A stretch of DNA of 64,000 nucleotides from assembly GCA_965140585.1 (NCBI GenBank), contig OZ223267.1, forward strand, positions 320,001-384,000, written 5' to 3'. Below are positions 21,486-30,835 of this stretch, in pieces; the first letter of the stretch is position 1, and every line of letters starts with the position of its first letter. Origin of the DNA: Spirochaetia bacterium (GTDB lineage: Bacteria > Spirochaetota > Spirochaetia > UBA9216). The position numbers were made by a program, and so were the translations under genes. The notes below the pieces were generated by a model. That model searched no databases. It had not been told where the DNA came from and saw nothing but the letters and a program-made list of their open reading frames with translations.

Positions 21486-22529
21486 TTATAGATCTTCTAA
21501 AATTTCAAGTGATTCAAGATCTTCATCATTTACCTGAGGAAGATCATCGGCAAGAGCCTGATAGATATCGTTAATAGGATCTGAAATATCAAGAAATACA
21601 TCAATCAGCCCCGGGTCAAAATGTGTTCCTGCTTCTGACTTCAAAATATCAACAGTTTTTTCGTGAGGAATAGCATCCTTATAGCTTCTTTTCATTCTTA
21701 TTGCATCGTAACAGTCGGCAATAGCTGTGATTCTTGCTGATAAAGGAATCAGGTTTTCCGCTAGTCCGAACATATATCCCGTACCATCCCACCATTCATG
21801 ATGTGAACGTGCAATTTCCCTTGCCATTTCATCTGGATAATTAGCCATAATCATCGCACCGTTTATGGTATGTTCTTTCATAATTACCCATTCATCATCA
21901 GTAAGGGAGCCTTTCTTATTCAATATATGATCAGGAGTGCCTATTTTTCCTACATCATGCATGGGTGCAAGAAAGTGAATATTTTCAATATAATCCTGGT
22001 TAATCATGTCGTATCCGGGTTTTCGATGAAGTTCTTCTGCAATTCTTTTTGCATAGGCTCCGACTCTCTTGATATGATTGCCGGTGTCATTATCCTTAAG
22101 CTTAGATGCTTCAAGCAGCCCAAGGTAAGTTTTTCTAAGAAGGGATTTATTCTCATCTGTAATGTCGTCAAGTATACCCAGCAGATTGGTTTGTTCAGCA
22201 TTTCCATGTTCAGTAGAGAAGGGCATTAAAAGCATATTTGCTGTGATTTTTGTAGTGTTACGTGAAAGCATGCCCACTCTGATTTTAGCAGAATATCCGT
22301 TTGAGCTGTTAAGCAGAATACGTGAAACGGTATCGAACGCTGATTCAATTTCAAGGGGGTAGAAATCTTCAGGCAGATAGTAATCCCTGAAAATCCTATT
22401 AGTCCATAAGATCTCAAGTCCGGAAGATAAAAATATTACCGGAAATGAAACATTCTCGTAAATATCAGCATGTCTATGAAAATTTTCAGTCAATTCTATG
22501 TACATCTCAGAACCCGCATAATCACCCAT
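21486..22529 (-). CDS. HD-GYP domain protein with N-terminal PAS-like region
   Basis: DTGNHIKRV, HDVGKIG, HHEWWDGTGYM, AD.YDA...RSYK, HFDP. Confidence 0.88.
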   Translation of the reverse strand: MGDYAGSEMYIELTENFHRHADIYENVSFPVIFLSSGLEILWTNRIFRDYYLPEDFYPLEIESAFDTVSRILLNSSNGYSAKIRVGMLSRNTTKITANMLLMPFSTEHGNAEQTNLLGILDDITDENKSLLRKTYLGLLEASKLKDNDTGNHIKRVGAYAKRIAEELHRKPGYDMINQDYIENIHFLAPMHDVGKIGTPDHILNKKGSLTDDEWVIMKEHTINGAMIMANYPDEMAREIARSHHEWWDGTGYMFGLAENLIPLSARITAIADCYDAIRMKRSYKDAIPHEKTVDILKSEAGTHFDPGLIDVFLDISDPINDIYQALADDLPQVNDEDLESLEILEDL

Positions 22530-22544
22530 CTGCTTCGCTCCAAA

Positions 22545-23222
22545 TCAGGTTTTGTTTAAAATTTCAGCATCACTTAATCTGATGTACATCGGTCCAACAT
22601 TATCAGACTCTGCACCATACTCATTAAATTTTTGAAGACCGCATGCAATCATAGCCGAGGATACTCCAGGCTCATAATCAAGATCAAACATGAATCCATC
22701 ATCAAGTGTTTTATATTTGTCTGTAATGCGTTTATGAAAAATTTCGGCACCGGGACCGCAGAAAAGTATGTTGTCACTGACTCTGCATATATTCAGTATA
22801 CTCTCAGCGTCATGATCGTAGTAATCCGATGTTTTTATTGAATTTCGGAATAGTGCAGTATAAAAATTTGATTTTCTGGCATCGATCAGAGGAACTGTTA
22901 TGCCTTTAAAATATTTATGTCTGTAAGCAATTACGTCAAGCAGTGAGACTGCAACGTAGGGTATTTTACTGCCCGCAGCAAGACCTTTCGCTGTTGACAT
23001 TCCTATTCTAAGTCCGGTAAAAGATCCTGGACCAAGTGAACAGACCATAAGATCAAGATCTGAAAATTTAAATCCGGAATCTGACAGTAAACTCTGAATA
23101 TCAGTTGTAAGGTTTTCAGAATGTTTAAGACTGTTACTTCGGTTTATTTCTGAAAAAGTCTTATCTGTTTTTAGTCCTACAGACAAATTTTCTGTTGATG
23201 TATCAAATGCCAGTATATTCAT
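22545..23222 (-). CDS. tsaB: tRNA t6A biosynthesis protein TsaB
   Basis: ILAFDTST, GPGSFTGLRIG, IDARK. Confidence 0.95.
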   Translation of the reverse strand: MNILAFDTSTENLSVGLKTDKTFSEINRSNSLKHSENLTTDIQSLLSDSGFKFSDLDLMVCSLGPGSFTGLRIGMSTAKGLAAGSKIPYVAVSLLDVIAYRHKYFKGITVPLIDARKSNFYTALFRNSIKTSDYYDHDAESILNICRVSDNILFCGPGAEIFHKRITDKYKTLDDGFMFDLDYEPGVSSAMIACGLQKFNEYGAESDNVGPMYIRLSDAEILNKT

Positions 23223-23644
23223 AATTCAAAACCTGTTAACTCCACAATACGTTCGCCTCCGGATTCAATTTCAATTACTATCCTTATTATATCTTCCGGA
23301 AGAAGATCTCCTGCTTTTTCACTCCATTCAATTATAGATAATCCATTTCCATAAAGCAATTCATCGGCTCCGAGCAGATAAAATTCTTCAAGATTATCCA
23401 GACGATAGAGGTCCATATGATATAGCGGAATTCTGCCGTTATAGTATTCATTTATAATAGTAAAACTCGGGCTTGTAACAGTTTTCTTTATTCCGAGACC
23501 TGCAGCAATACCTTTGGTCAATGTGGTTTTTCCAGCAGCCAGTCCACCGTCAAGCGCTATTATCATACCGGGTTCTACACACGAGGATATTTTTTTTCCG
23601 AGGGATATCATCTCATCCGCGGATGGTATTTGGAATTTATTCAG
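23219..23644 (-). CDS. tsaE: tRNA t6A biosynthesis ATPase TsaE (start uncertain)
   Basis: GGLAAGKTT, VTSPSFTI, HMDLYRL, IEW; best SD-supported start is CTG at 23644. Confidence 0.93.
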   Translation of the reverse strand: MNKFQIPSADEMISLGKKISSCVEPGMIIALDGGLAAGKTTLTKGIAAGLGIKKTVTSPSFTIINEYYNGRIPLYHMDLYRLDNLEEFYLLGADELLYGNGLSIIEWSEKAGDLLPEDIIRIVIEIESGGERIVELTGFEL

Positions 23645-23900
23645 AGAAAAATCCTTCCTTATGCTTAGTAAGTATGTACTGTTCAAGTTCGTTTTTACAG
23701 TCTATCAAAGCAGCTTCTTTTGCATCTGTAAAATGTATGTAGACAGACAGCATTCCCAGTGCATTTTTTTCAAGAATAATCTCAATTTTGCATTCTTTGG
23801 TATCTTTTATGTCTGAATATACAAGAACCCCATGGTATTCATTGATATAATGAATTGGTGAATCTTTGCGTACTATATTTTTTAATTCAATGAAATTCAT
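23637..23900 (-). CDS. Small hypothetical protein
   Basis: GGAGG SD; overlaps the tsaE start region on the same strand. Confidence 0.7.
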   Translation of the reverse strand: MNFIELKNIVRKDSPIHYINEYHGVLVYSDIKDTKECKIEIILEKNALGMLSVYIHFTDAKEAALIDCKNELEQYILTKHKEGFFSE

Positions 23901-23936
23901 CCCTTCCTCCGCAGAATTCTATATATATTATAAAGA

Positions 23937-25064
23937 TCAATAATCATAAATGAAAGAGTTTATACTATTTAGATTTTTTTGTGTAACCTTGGTGAACATA
24001 ATATGCATTGTTCCTCCAAGTGGAGACCCCTTTCTAAAGTTTATAACCTTTCCGAAGCACCATATTGAAGAACTATCACCCGTTTCAAACTGCAGCTTTA
24101 TCAAACCGCCTTTTAATACCGGCTTAGTTGATTTTACTGCACATCCGCCTGCCGATACATCAATAAGCGTACCAAGCGAACCTCTGTCGGTTTCAACTAT
24201 TGCCCTTTTTTTTGCTTTTTTTCCAACACCTACAGGAATTACTTTTACCGGATAGAAATATGCCGGCCGGCTGAGTTCTTTTCGTCTGAACCTTCTCTGC
24301 TGGGCTTGTTTAACCTTTCCTGAATGCTGAAGAAGTACACTGGGCATCCCCTTGATATTACTGTATCCGGTGACCTTTGAATCAAATGAAAAACCCTGGC
24401 CGTTTTTCTTCCAGAAAAACACTTTTACAGGAGTCCATTTTTTCCATTTGATTTCTGAACCGAATGAATCAACGGGAAGGGTAGCGCTGAGATAATTCTT
24501 AAGATTGGCGTTTATCTTGGATTGATACCTTCCGCCGTTTTCAGGTGTTATTGCAATATGCTGACCGGTAGGAATGGCTCCGGTTGCCGAGAAGCTTTTA
24601 CCCTTTCCTACATTTCTTTCAATGGCCTGTTTTATTCTGTATACAGTCGTTTTCTGAGCTTCTTTCACCTGTTCTGATGCAACCTGATGTTCAATTTCCT
24701 GAATAGCCTTTCTTAGAAGAGAATCCAGATGACTGGAGTGTGTAAAAACCAGATTAGGATTTGAAGGTTTATAGTTTTCTACTAAATTTACAAGAGTATT
24801 TGCCTGCACTTTTGATAAACCGAGACGCATGGCTCTTTTATGAAATGTCCGCTTGTTAAATTTTCGAGGAACAGGTTTTCTGCCGCTTCCTCTGCTATAT
24901 GAGCTGCTGCTTCTGCTTGAAGATGATGGTTTAATACGGCTTGCAAGTACCATCGCTACAATGATGGCAACAAGTACTATTAGTATAGTCCAGCTTTCAC
25001 CCGGATCACCCTTCTGAATGGATGGCAGAATTTTCTGTAATAAAGGTAAATTTACCATCAACAT
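23937..25064 (-). CDS. Membrane-anchored PilZ-domain (YcgR/flagellar brake-like) protein
   Basis: N-terminal TM; QRRFRR (RxxxR) and DVSAGG (DxSxxG). Confidence 0.85.
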   Translation of the reverse strand: MLMVNLPLLQKILPSIQKGDPGESWTILIVLVAIIVAMVLASRIKPSSSSRSSSSYSRGSGRKPVPRKFNKRTFHKRAMRLGLSKVQANTLVNLVENYKPSNPNLVFTHSSHLDSLLRKAIQEIEHQVASEQVKEAQKTTVYRIKQAIERNVGKGKSFSATGAIPTGQHIAITPENGGRYQSKINANLKNYLSATLPVDSFGSEIKWKKWTPVKVFFWKKNGQGFSFDSKVTGYSNIKGMPSVLLQHSGKVKQAQQRRFRRKELSRPAYFYPVKVIPVGVGKKAKKRAIVETDRGSLGTLIDVSAGGCAVKSTKPVLKGGLIKLQFETGDSSSIWCFGKVINFRKGSPLGGTMHIMFTKVTQKNLNSINSFIYDY

Positions 25065-25973
25065 TTACTCCTTTTTAATATTCTGTTCCAGAACGTCAAG
25101 AAGACTCGAAACTCTGGGAGAAATTTCATACTCAAGCAGGTCTCCGACGAGAACACTGTCTCCAACCGAGAATGCTTCTGTAAACTCATTAAGAATTTCA
25201 TTTAATGAAGTAAAATATTCACGTATTGTCATTTCATCAATAACAGCATTGCTGAAATCAAGAACACCTGTATTTTCAAGTATTGTATAAATCCTCAAAA
25301 GTTTCTGGGTAAGCTCTGTAAATCTGATAATGCCGGTAAGCGCTTCTCTGTCTTTCCCTGTCTGCAGGAGAATGGATATATTATTTATATCCTCCAGTGA
25401 TAAACGCAGCACTTTGATAACTGCCGAAAGTTCATTTACCGAGTCTGTCAGCTCTCTGATTCTATCGTTTAATATAATCAAAACTGATTTAATTCTTCCG
25501 AGTATGAACTCTGCGATCTCAGAATTTTCGGGACTCTCGGGGCTGTATGATTTCATAGAACTGAACAGATCCGGATGCTTATCATCAATCAGTTCATCCT
25601 GGACCCCTCCAAGAATTTCGATAAAAAGTTTTTCCGGCATCTCTGATTCGGTCTGGAGCTCATGAAGCAGGGTATAGTTCCCGGCGGTCATGGCCTTCTC
25701 AAAAAGACTGAAATACTGATGCAGCAACTGTATATTTATCAGTAGAAGTTCAATGTGACTTTTAACCTCGATATTTATATTTTGAACCTGGTCAACCGGC
25801 TTGTTTTTACATGAATCATCTTTAAAATCATATGAAGTACCATCATAACTTACAGAAAGCATGTGATAGCCCTCAGCAGATGCCCAATCGGAGAGAGCAT
25901 TGATTACCTCAGAAAGAACTTTTTCAGATTCAAGCTGGAAATCAATTTTATCGTTGTTAATATATATATTCAT
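25065..25973 (-). CDS. Hypothetical protein of the flagellar locus
   Basis: GGAGG SD; downstream of fliD; C-terminal D..L.GDLLEYEI motif. Confidence 0.75.
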   Translation of the reverse strand: MNIYINNDKIDFQLESEKVLSEVINALSDWASAEGYHMLSVSYDGTSYDFKDDSCKNKPVDQVQNINIEVKSHIELLLINIQLLHQYFSLFEKAMTAGNYTLLHELQTESEMPEKLFIEILGGVQDELIDDKHPDLFSSMKSYSPESPENSEIAEFILGRIKSVLIILNDRIRELTDSVNELSAVIKVLRLSLEDINNISILLQTGKDREALTGIIRFTELTQKLLRIYTILENTGVLDFSNAVIDEMTIREYFTSLNEILNEFTEAFSVGDSVLVGDLLEYEISPRVSSLLDVLEQNIKKE

Positions 25974-25995
25974 GTTCTAAGCCGTCCTCCGCCTG

Positions 25996-27993
25996 TCAGT
26001 TGTTATTATTGTTCAGATTATTCAGTGCATTAGAACTCTGCTGCATTGAATTGATATTACCTTCCATGATTGCATACTTATTCTTAAGCTCGGCTTCCTT
26101 GTCTTCCAGTTTTAGTTCATATGAGGCAATATCCCGTTCTGTTCTGGTTATTCTTGAATCAAGACTTGATATTCTGTATGCAACAATGCCGCCGGTTCCT
26201 GTATAAGGTTTAGTATATTCCTGGGTCTTATATGCTGCTCCGTTATCTACAACAAGATCTCCATCACTGTCTATGCCGAAGAGCTCTTTAACAGCTACAA
26301 GATTTTCCGTTAAAGCGCTGTCCAGATCATTTTCATTAATTTCTATATAGCCCCTGAGTTTTGAGTTATTAATTCCGCCGCCGAAACCTGATGAATTGGT
26401 TGATATACCTATCTGCGAAAGCAGTTTAAGGTTATCTCCGGCAGAAGTAGTATACGGCTCCATCATTATATACTGAAGTCGTGATTTCATCTGATTAAGA
26501 GTTGAATCTCCCTGAAACAGACCAAGCCTCTCTCTTGCTGTCTTTTTTTCCTCATCGGAAAAATAATCAATTTCTGATATCAGCCCGCCGTCATTTGAAA
26601 CAAGAATTCCAAGTTCAGCCTGTAATCTGTTATAATTCCCGACAAATTCAATAATTGTGTCTTTAATCAGCTCTCGGTCAGGCTTAATATCAAGTTTTAC
26701 AGCCTTATCACTCTCTCCGTTAATATTCAGAGTGACACCTGGAATAAGATCGTCTATTGTATTGGATGTACGCCTTACTTCTATACCGTCTATTTTTATT
26801 TTTGCATCTGATGCTGTTGATACAGGCCGGGCTGGTTCCCATTCTCCACGTGCATCCGGATCATAAATTTTTATATCAGAAATTGATATTTCCCTGAATG
26901 TGTTTTTATTGAAAAATTTGATTGCATCAGCAGCTCCTGCTGCATCTCTCAGGTTTATTGTAATCGTCTGTTCTTCAGATGTTTTCCTGAATCCAGGCAA
27001 TATAGTTTCTTTTCCGTCAGCAACGAGGCTGAATACCTCAAAATCATCAATTACTTCTGGCGGTTCAGGTTCCTGATACTGAGGCATTTCAACTGTCGAA
27101 TTACTGTTGCTGATAGTTATGCCTTTAAATGAAATACTGCCGGGAGTAAGCTCATCCGGACCTGTGGGCGGGGTAGGTGGGGTCCATTCGCCCTGTTCCA
27201 TTTCATTTACAGTGAAAGTAATTTCAAGTACCATTTTGCCGTTATCTTTTACTGAAGGATTTACAGGTATGCTGCCCTGAGCTCCCGGTTGAAGAACGAG
27301 ATTATTTTTTTCATCAAGTTTGAATAATGTTCCCGCTTCTTCCGGTGTAAGGGCGATGTTGCGCATTGAACTGTCGGATCTTTTTAAAACACCGGCAGAT
27401 ACAGCGAAATCCAGTGCTGTGCCCTCATTGAATATAAGCCTGTTTTCAAGGCCTTCTTTTGTAGACTCTATTAAAATAACGCTTGTATCTGGAGTATCTT
27501 TTATGACTTGCGCATGAAGTAAATCTCTGCCTCTGCTGTTAATTCTGTCAGCCAGTCTTGATAGAGAACCACCTCTGAAATTAAATGAAATCTCCTCTTC
27601 GCCTATTGTAAAGGAATAAGTCCCATCAGGGGCGTCAAAATCTTTATCCATTGAGTCAGATAAAAACCTGTCTGAAGCAGCCATATTAATAATTTTAATG
27701 GTTTTCTGTTCTTCTATTGCATCTCTGCCTACAGTTGCTGTAAGTACATCCTCATCGGAAGATTCTGCGATGCGTTCACTAAACGGGTTTTCAAAACCGT
27801 AGAGTTTCTTTGCCGCGTCTTCAACTTTTGAAATATTTCGGGAGATATCCTGCCAAACTGTCTTTTCATTTTCATACTTATCAAGCTCATCCTGCTTTCT
27901 TTCGAGGGGAATTCTTTCGAGCTCCATGAGTTTGGAGACAATACTGTCGGTATTATAACTGCTTGTAACACCCGGTATAGTTACATCGGACAT
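25996..27993 (-). CDS. fliD: Flagellar filament cap protein
   Basis: IPGV.S..NTDSIVSKLM..ER; SNTIDDLIPGVTL; FV..YN; C-terminal coiled coil. Confidence 0.95.
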   Translation of the reverse strand: MSDVTIPGVTSSYNTDSIVSKLMELERIPLERKQDELDKYENEKTVWQDISRNISKVEDAAKKLYGFENPFSERIAESSDEDVLTATVGRDAIEEQKTIKIINMAASDRFLSDSMDKDFDAPDGTYSFTIGEEEISFNFRGGSLSRLADRINSRGRDLLHAQVIKDTPDTSVILIESTKEGLENRLIFNEGTALDFAVSAGVLKRSDSSMRNIALTPEEAGTLFKLDEKNNLVLQPGAQGSIPVNPSVKDNGKMVLEITFTVNEMEQGEWTPPTPPTGPDELTPGSISFKGITISNSNSTVEMPQYQEPEPPEVIDDFEVFSLVADGKETILPGFRKTSEEQTITINLRDAAGAADAIKFFNKNTFREISISDIKIYDPDARGEWEPARPVSTASDAKIKIDGIEVRRTSNTIDDLIPGVTLNINGESDKAVKLDIKPDRELIKDTIIEFVGNYNRLQAELGILVSNDGGLISEIDYFSDEEKKTARERLGLFQGDSTLNQMKSRLQYIMMEPYTTSAGDNLKLLSQIGISTNSSGFGGGINNSKLRGYIEINENDLDSALTENLVAVKELFGIDSDGDLVVDNGAAYKTQEYTKPYTGTGGIVAYRISSLDSRITRTERDIASYELKLEDKEAELKNKYAIMEGNINSMQQSSNALNNLNNNNN

Positions 27994-28026
27994 CTGTTAT
28001 CAATTCTACCCGTCCCGGGGCCGAAC

Positions 28027-28443
28027 TTAGATAGTCTGGTCGATTATCAGCCCCATAGCTTCTTTCATTTTGGCATACAGCCTTTTAAGCTCTTCAGGAG
28101 GGATCTCCTTGATTACTTTATCGGTTTCTGCGTCAACGACCTTTACGATAACCTGGTCTAATTCCTTGTCTATACTGAATTTGAGTCGTCTATTAAATAC
28201 TTCGGTGATATCTATAATGTCGCGCAGATATTTCTCTGCATCTATTTTTTCGCGTTGTTTTTCTGCATTCTGTACTTCCGCTTCAAGCTGTTTTACAGCT
28301 GTCTGTCGTGCTTCTTCCTGCTGCTTTACGGCCTGTTCCGTCCGTATTTTCACTTTGTTGCTTTCAATTTTCTGAGAGGAAGTGTCTACTCTGCGGTTCA
28401 TAGTAAAAGCACCTGAATTCAGGGCCTGTATGTCCATTTCCAT
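28027..28443 (-). CDS. flaG: Flagellar protein FlaG
   Basis: LKFSID....VIVKVVD.ET.KVIKEIPPEE. Confidence 0.93.
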   Translation of the reverse strand: MEMDIQALNSGAFTMNRRVDTSSQKIESNKVKIRTEQAVKQQEEARQTAVKQLEAEVQNAEKQREKIDAEKYLRDIIDITEVFNRRLKFSIDKELDQVIVKVVDAETDKVIKEIPPEELKRLYAKMKEAMGLIIDQTI

Positions 28444-28535
28444 AACACCACTCCTTGGTTGATAATCGAAATGCCTGCATCTCGATTATTTGAATTACCG
28501 GTCGGTAATTCACAGCCACCTATCAAAGCTGCTGG

Positions 28536-28566
28536 AAAGAATGGAAGGGGGCGCGAGCCCCTCCCC
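28536..28566 (-). terminator. GC-rich hairpin / probable terminator after the flagellins
   Basis: Minus strand GGGGAGGGGC-TCGC-GCCCCCTTCC then ATTCTTT. Confidence 0.55.
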
Positions 28567-28622
28567 GTAAAATCAGTAAAAAGATAACGTCCAGAAATCT
28601 TTTTACAAGAAACAGAATCAAT

Positions 28623-29474
28623 CTATAGTAACTGAAGCACTGACTGGGGTGAAGTGTTTGCCTGAGCAAGCACTGCCGTGCTGGACTGTGTAAGGATCTG
28701 GTTTTTAACATAATCAACCATCTCACTGGCCATATCCACATCACGTATTGATGATTCTGCTGCCTGAAGGTTTTCTGCTGCAATTGCAACACCCTTCGAT
28801 GCAGTTTCGAACCTGTTCTGGTATGCACCAAGATCGGCTCTCTGTTTTGAAACCTGTTTGAGTGCGCTGTCGACAAGTCCGATTGCCATGTTGGCATCTT
28901 CCGGAGTCTGGATTGTGATAGTTCCCTCTCCACCCTGGATATTTTCAATACCAAGAGCAGCAGCTGTCATAGTTCCAATATAGATTTTTTCATTCTGGTC
29001 CATATTGGCACCAACCTGGAACTGCATAATCTGACCTGTAGCAGAATCAGTTGCAAATGCGCCTGTAAGCATATTCATGCCGTTGAACTGCGCGTGTGAA
29101 GCAATTCTGTTAATCTCATCAACAAGCTGTGAAACCTCTACCTGAATCTGCATTCTGTCTTCTTCAGTATAGATTCCGTTAGCCGACTGAACAGAAAGTT
29201 CTCTCAGTCTGTGAAGAATGTCCTGTGTATTAGCAAGATATCCTTCGGTTGCCTGAATGAATGAAACACCGTTTTCAATGTTTCTGTTTGCCTGAGTTAA
29301 CCCGCGAATCTGACTTCTGAGCTTTTCTGAAACAGCAAGCCCTGAAGCGTCATCGCCGCCTTTGTTGATTCGCATACCGGAACTGAGTTTTTCAAGATTA
29401 CCAGTCATCTCAACAGCCTTATTATTAAGCTGTCTACTGGCATAACTTGCACTCAAGTTGTGATTAATTATCAT
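28623..29474 (-). CDS. flaB: Flagellin, spirochaete FlaB core type
   Basis: [39 protein letters not shown]; 283 aa. Confidence 0.97.
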   Translation of the reverse strand: MIINHNLSASYASRQLNNKAVEMTGNLEKLSSGMRINKGGDDASGLAVSEKLRSQIRGLTQANRNIENGVSFIQATEGYLANTQDILHRLRELSVQSANGIYTEEDRMQIQVEVSQLVDEINRIASHAQFNGMNMLTGAFATDSATGQIMQFQVGANMDQNEKIYIGTMTAAALGIENIQGGEGTITIQTPEDANMAIGLVDSALKQVSKQRADLGAYQNRFETASKGVAIAAENLQAAESSIRDVDMASEMVDYVKNQILTQSSTAVLAQANTSPQSVLQLL

Positions 29475-29496
29475 ATAACCCTCCTTGATAGGTTAA

Positions 29497-29515
29497 GAAG
29501 GCATCCCTTGCCTTC
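29497..29515 (-). promoter_or_regulatory. CsrA-type binding hairpin in flagellin leader
   Basis: GAAGGCA-AGGGA-TGCCTTC with GGA in the loop, just upstream of an AAGGAGG SD. Confidence 0.7.
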
Positions 29516-29522
29516 ATTTTTT

Positions 29523-29638
29523 GCATGGCAGTGCAGTAAACAAGAAGTTACTCGCGCTTCTCCCGTTCAGTATACCTGCACAACAAGGAGAAATTCCGAC
29601 CGTTTGTATAACCGGAAAATCTCCTTCATCCACCATGC
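29523..29638 (-). ncRNA. Candidate structured RNA (multi-stem junction) of unknown class
   Basis: Closing stem GCATGGTGG/CTGCCATGC encloses two long hairpins; G-U pairs favour the minus strand. Confidence 0.4.
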
Positions 29639-29688
29639 TAGAGGGTTTTTTTCAAAGAACGTAAACTCTACGTAAAAATTATAGCCCT

Positions 29689-30549
29689 TTATCCAAGCAA
29701 TTGCAATACAGATTGTGTTTTCATGTTAGCCTGAGCCAGCATAGCAGTTCCAGCCTGAACAAGAATCTGATTCTTGGTGTAGCTGACCATCTGTTCAGCC
29801 ATATCAGCATCACGAATTCTTGATTCTGCAGCCTGGAGGTTCTCAGCTCCGATGTCGAGGCCTGATACAGCGTATTCAAGTCTGTTCTGGTAAGCACCAA
29901 GGTCTGCTCTCTGCTTGTTAACAGTTTTAAGAGCCTTGTCGATTACACCAATTGACATGTTAGCGCTTTCAGGAGTCTCAAGAGACATGATTTTACCGCT
30001 TCCGATTTCTTTAACACCAAGTGATGTTGAAGTCATTGTACCAATGAATACTCTTTCTCTCTGATCAATGTTTGCGCCGATATGGAACCACATTGAAGCA
30101 GTAACAGTGTTTTCACCGGTTTCCTGTGCAAAACGTCCAGTCAGCATATTCATACCGTTGAACTGTGCATGTGAAGCGATTCTGTCAATTTCATCAACCA
30201 GCTGTGAAACTTCTACCTGAATCTGCATTCTGTCTTCTTCAGTATAAATACCGTTTGCAGACTGTACTGAAAGTTCTCTGACTCTCTGAAGTACATTCTG
30301 AGTAGACTGCAGATATCCTTCAGTAGCCTGAATAAAAGATATACCGTTTGCAGCATTGTCAGAAGCCTGATTGAGTCCTCTAATCTGTGAGCGCATCTTT
30401 TCTGATACAGCAAGACCTGAAGCATCATCGCCGGCTCTGTTGATTCTTAGACCGGAAGAAAGTTTCTCCATGTCCTTTGTTGTAGCAAGGTTTGACTGTC
30501 CAAGAGACCTATTTGCAAACATTGCGCTGAGGTTGTGATTAATAACCAT
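29689..30549 (-). CDS. flaB: Flagellin, spirochaete FlaB core type
   Basis: [39 protein letters not shown]; start set at MVINHN after GGAGG. Confidence 0.97.
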   Translation of the reverse strand: MVINHNLSAMFANRSLGQSNLATTKDMEKLSSGLRINRAGDDASGLAVSEKMRSQIRGLNQASDNAANGISFIQATEGYLQSTQNVLQRVRELSVQSANGIYTEEDRMQIQVEVSQLVDEIDRIASHAQFNGMNMLTGRFAQETGENTVTASMWFHIGANIDQRERVFIGTMTSTSLGVKEIGSGKIMSLETPESANMSIGVIDKALKTVNKQRADLGAYQNRLEYAVSGLDIGAENLQAAESRIRDADMAEQMVSYTKNQILVQAGTAMLAQANMKTQSVLQLLG

Positions 30550-30572
30550 AAAATCCTCCATGAAATTATATA

Positions 30573-30586
30573 GGGCATCCTTGCCC
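30573..30586 (-). promoter_or_regulatory. CsrA-type binding hairpin in flagellin leader
   Basis: GGGCA-AGGA-TGCCC, containing CAAGGAUG. Confidence 0.72.
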
Positions 30587-30715
30587 AACTCTGCATACTG
30601 CAGAGCTATTAACCAAAAATAACTAAATCAGATTAAAAAAAGCCCGATAATCTGACTATAGGGGAGAATAGACCGATTTGCATGTCTGAAAAGTCTATTA
30701 CTACCCTTACTTCTT

Positions 30716-30743
30716 TTTTCGACCATACCTATCTTAAACTTGA
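30716..30743 (-). promoter_or_regulatory. Putative sigma28 promoter of the flagellin operon
   Basis: Minus strand TCAA-N16-GTCGAAAA, about 165 nt upstream of the flagellin start. Confidence 0.5.
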
Positions 30744-30835
30744 AACTAAATATTAAAAAAATAATAAAAAAAATCGAAAAAAAAGGGAGAAAAGAGAAGG
30801 GGATTCAGTTGTAAAGTAAAATTGTTTAGTGAGTT

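Noticed and set aside
27040-27200. Pro-rich insertion in FliD (and the large FlgK central insertion)
   Set aside because: Frames are intact and no intein or mobile-element motifs are present; consistent with large spirochaetal FliD/FlgK proteins
28523-28954. 143-aa alternative-frame ORF overlapping the flagellin 3' end
   Set aside because: Frame-shifted overlap with no SD or motif; it runs through terminator-like hairpins
29126-30247. Near-identical ~45-nt segments shared by the two flagellin genes
   Set aside because: Explained by conserved protein sequence ([16 protein letters not shown]) in paralogues; no invertase or silent cassette suggests phase variation
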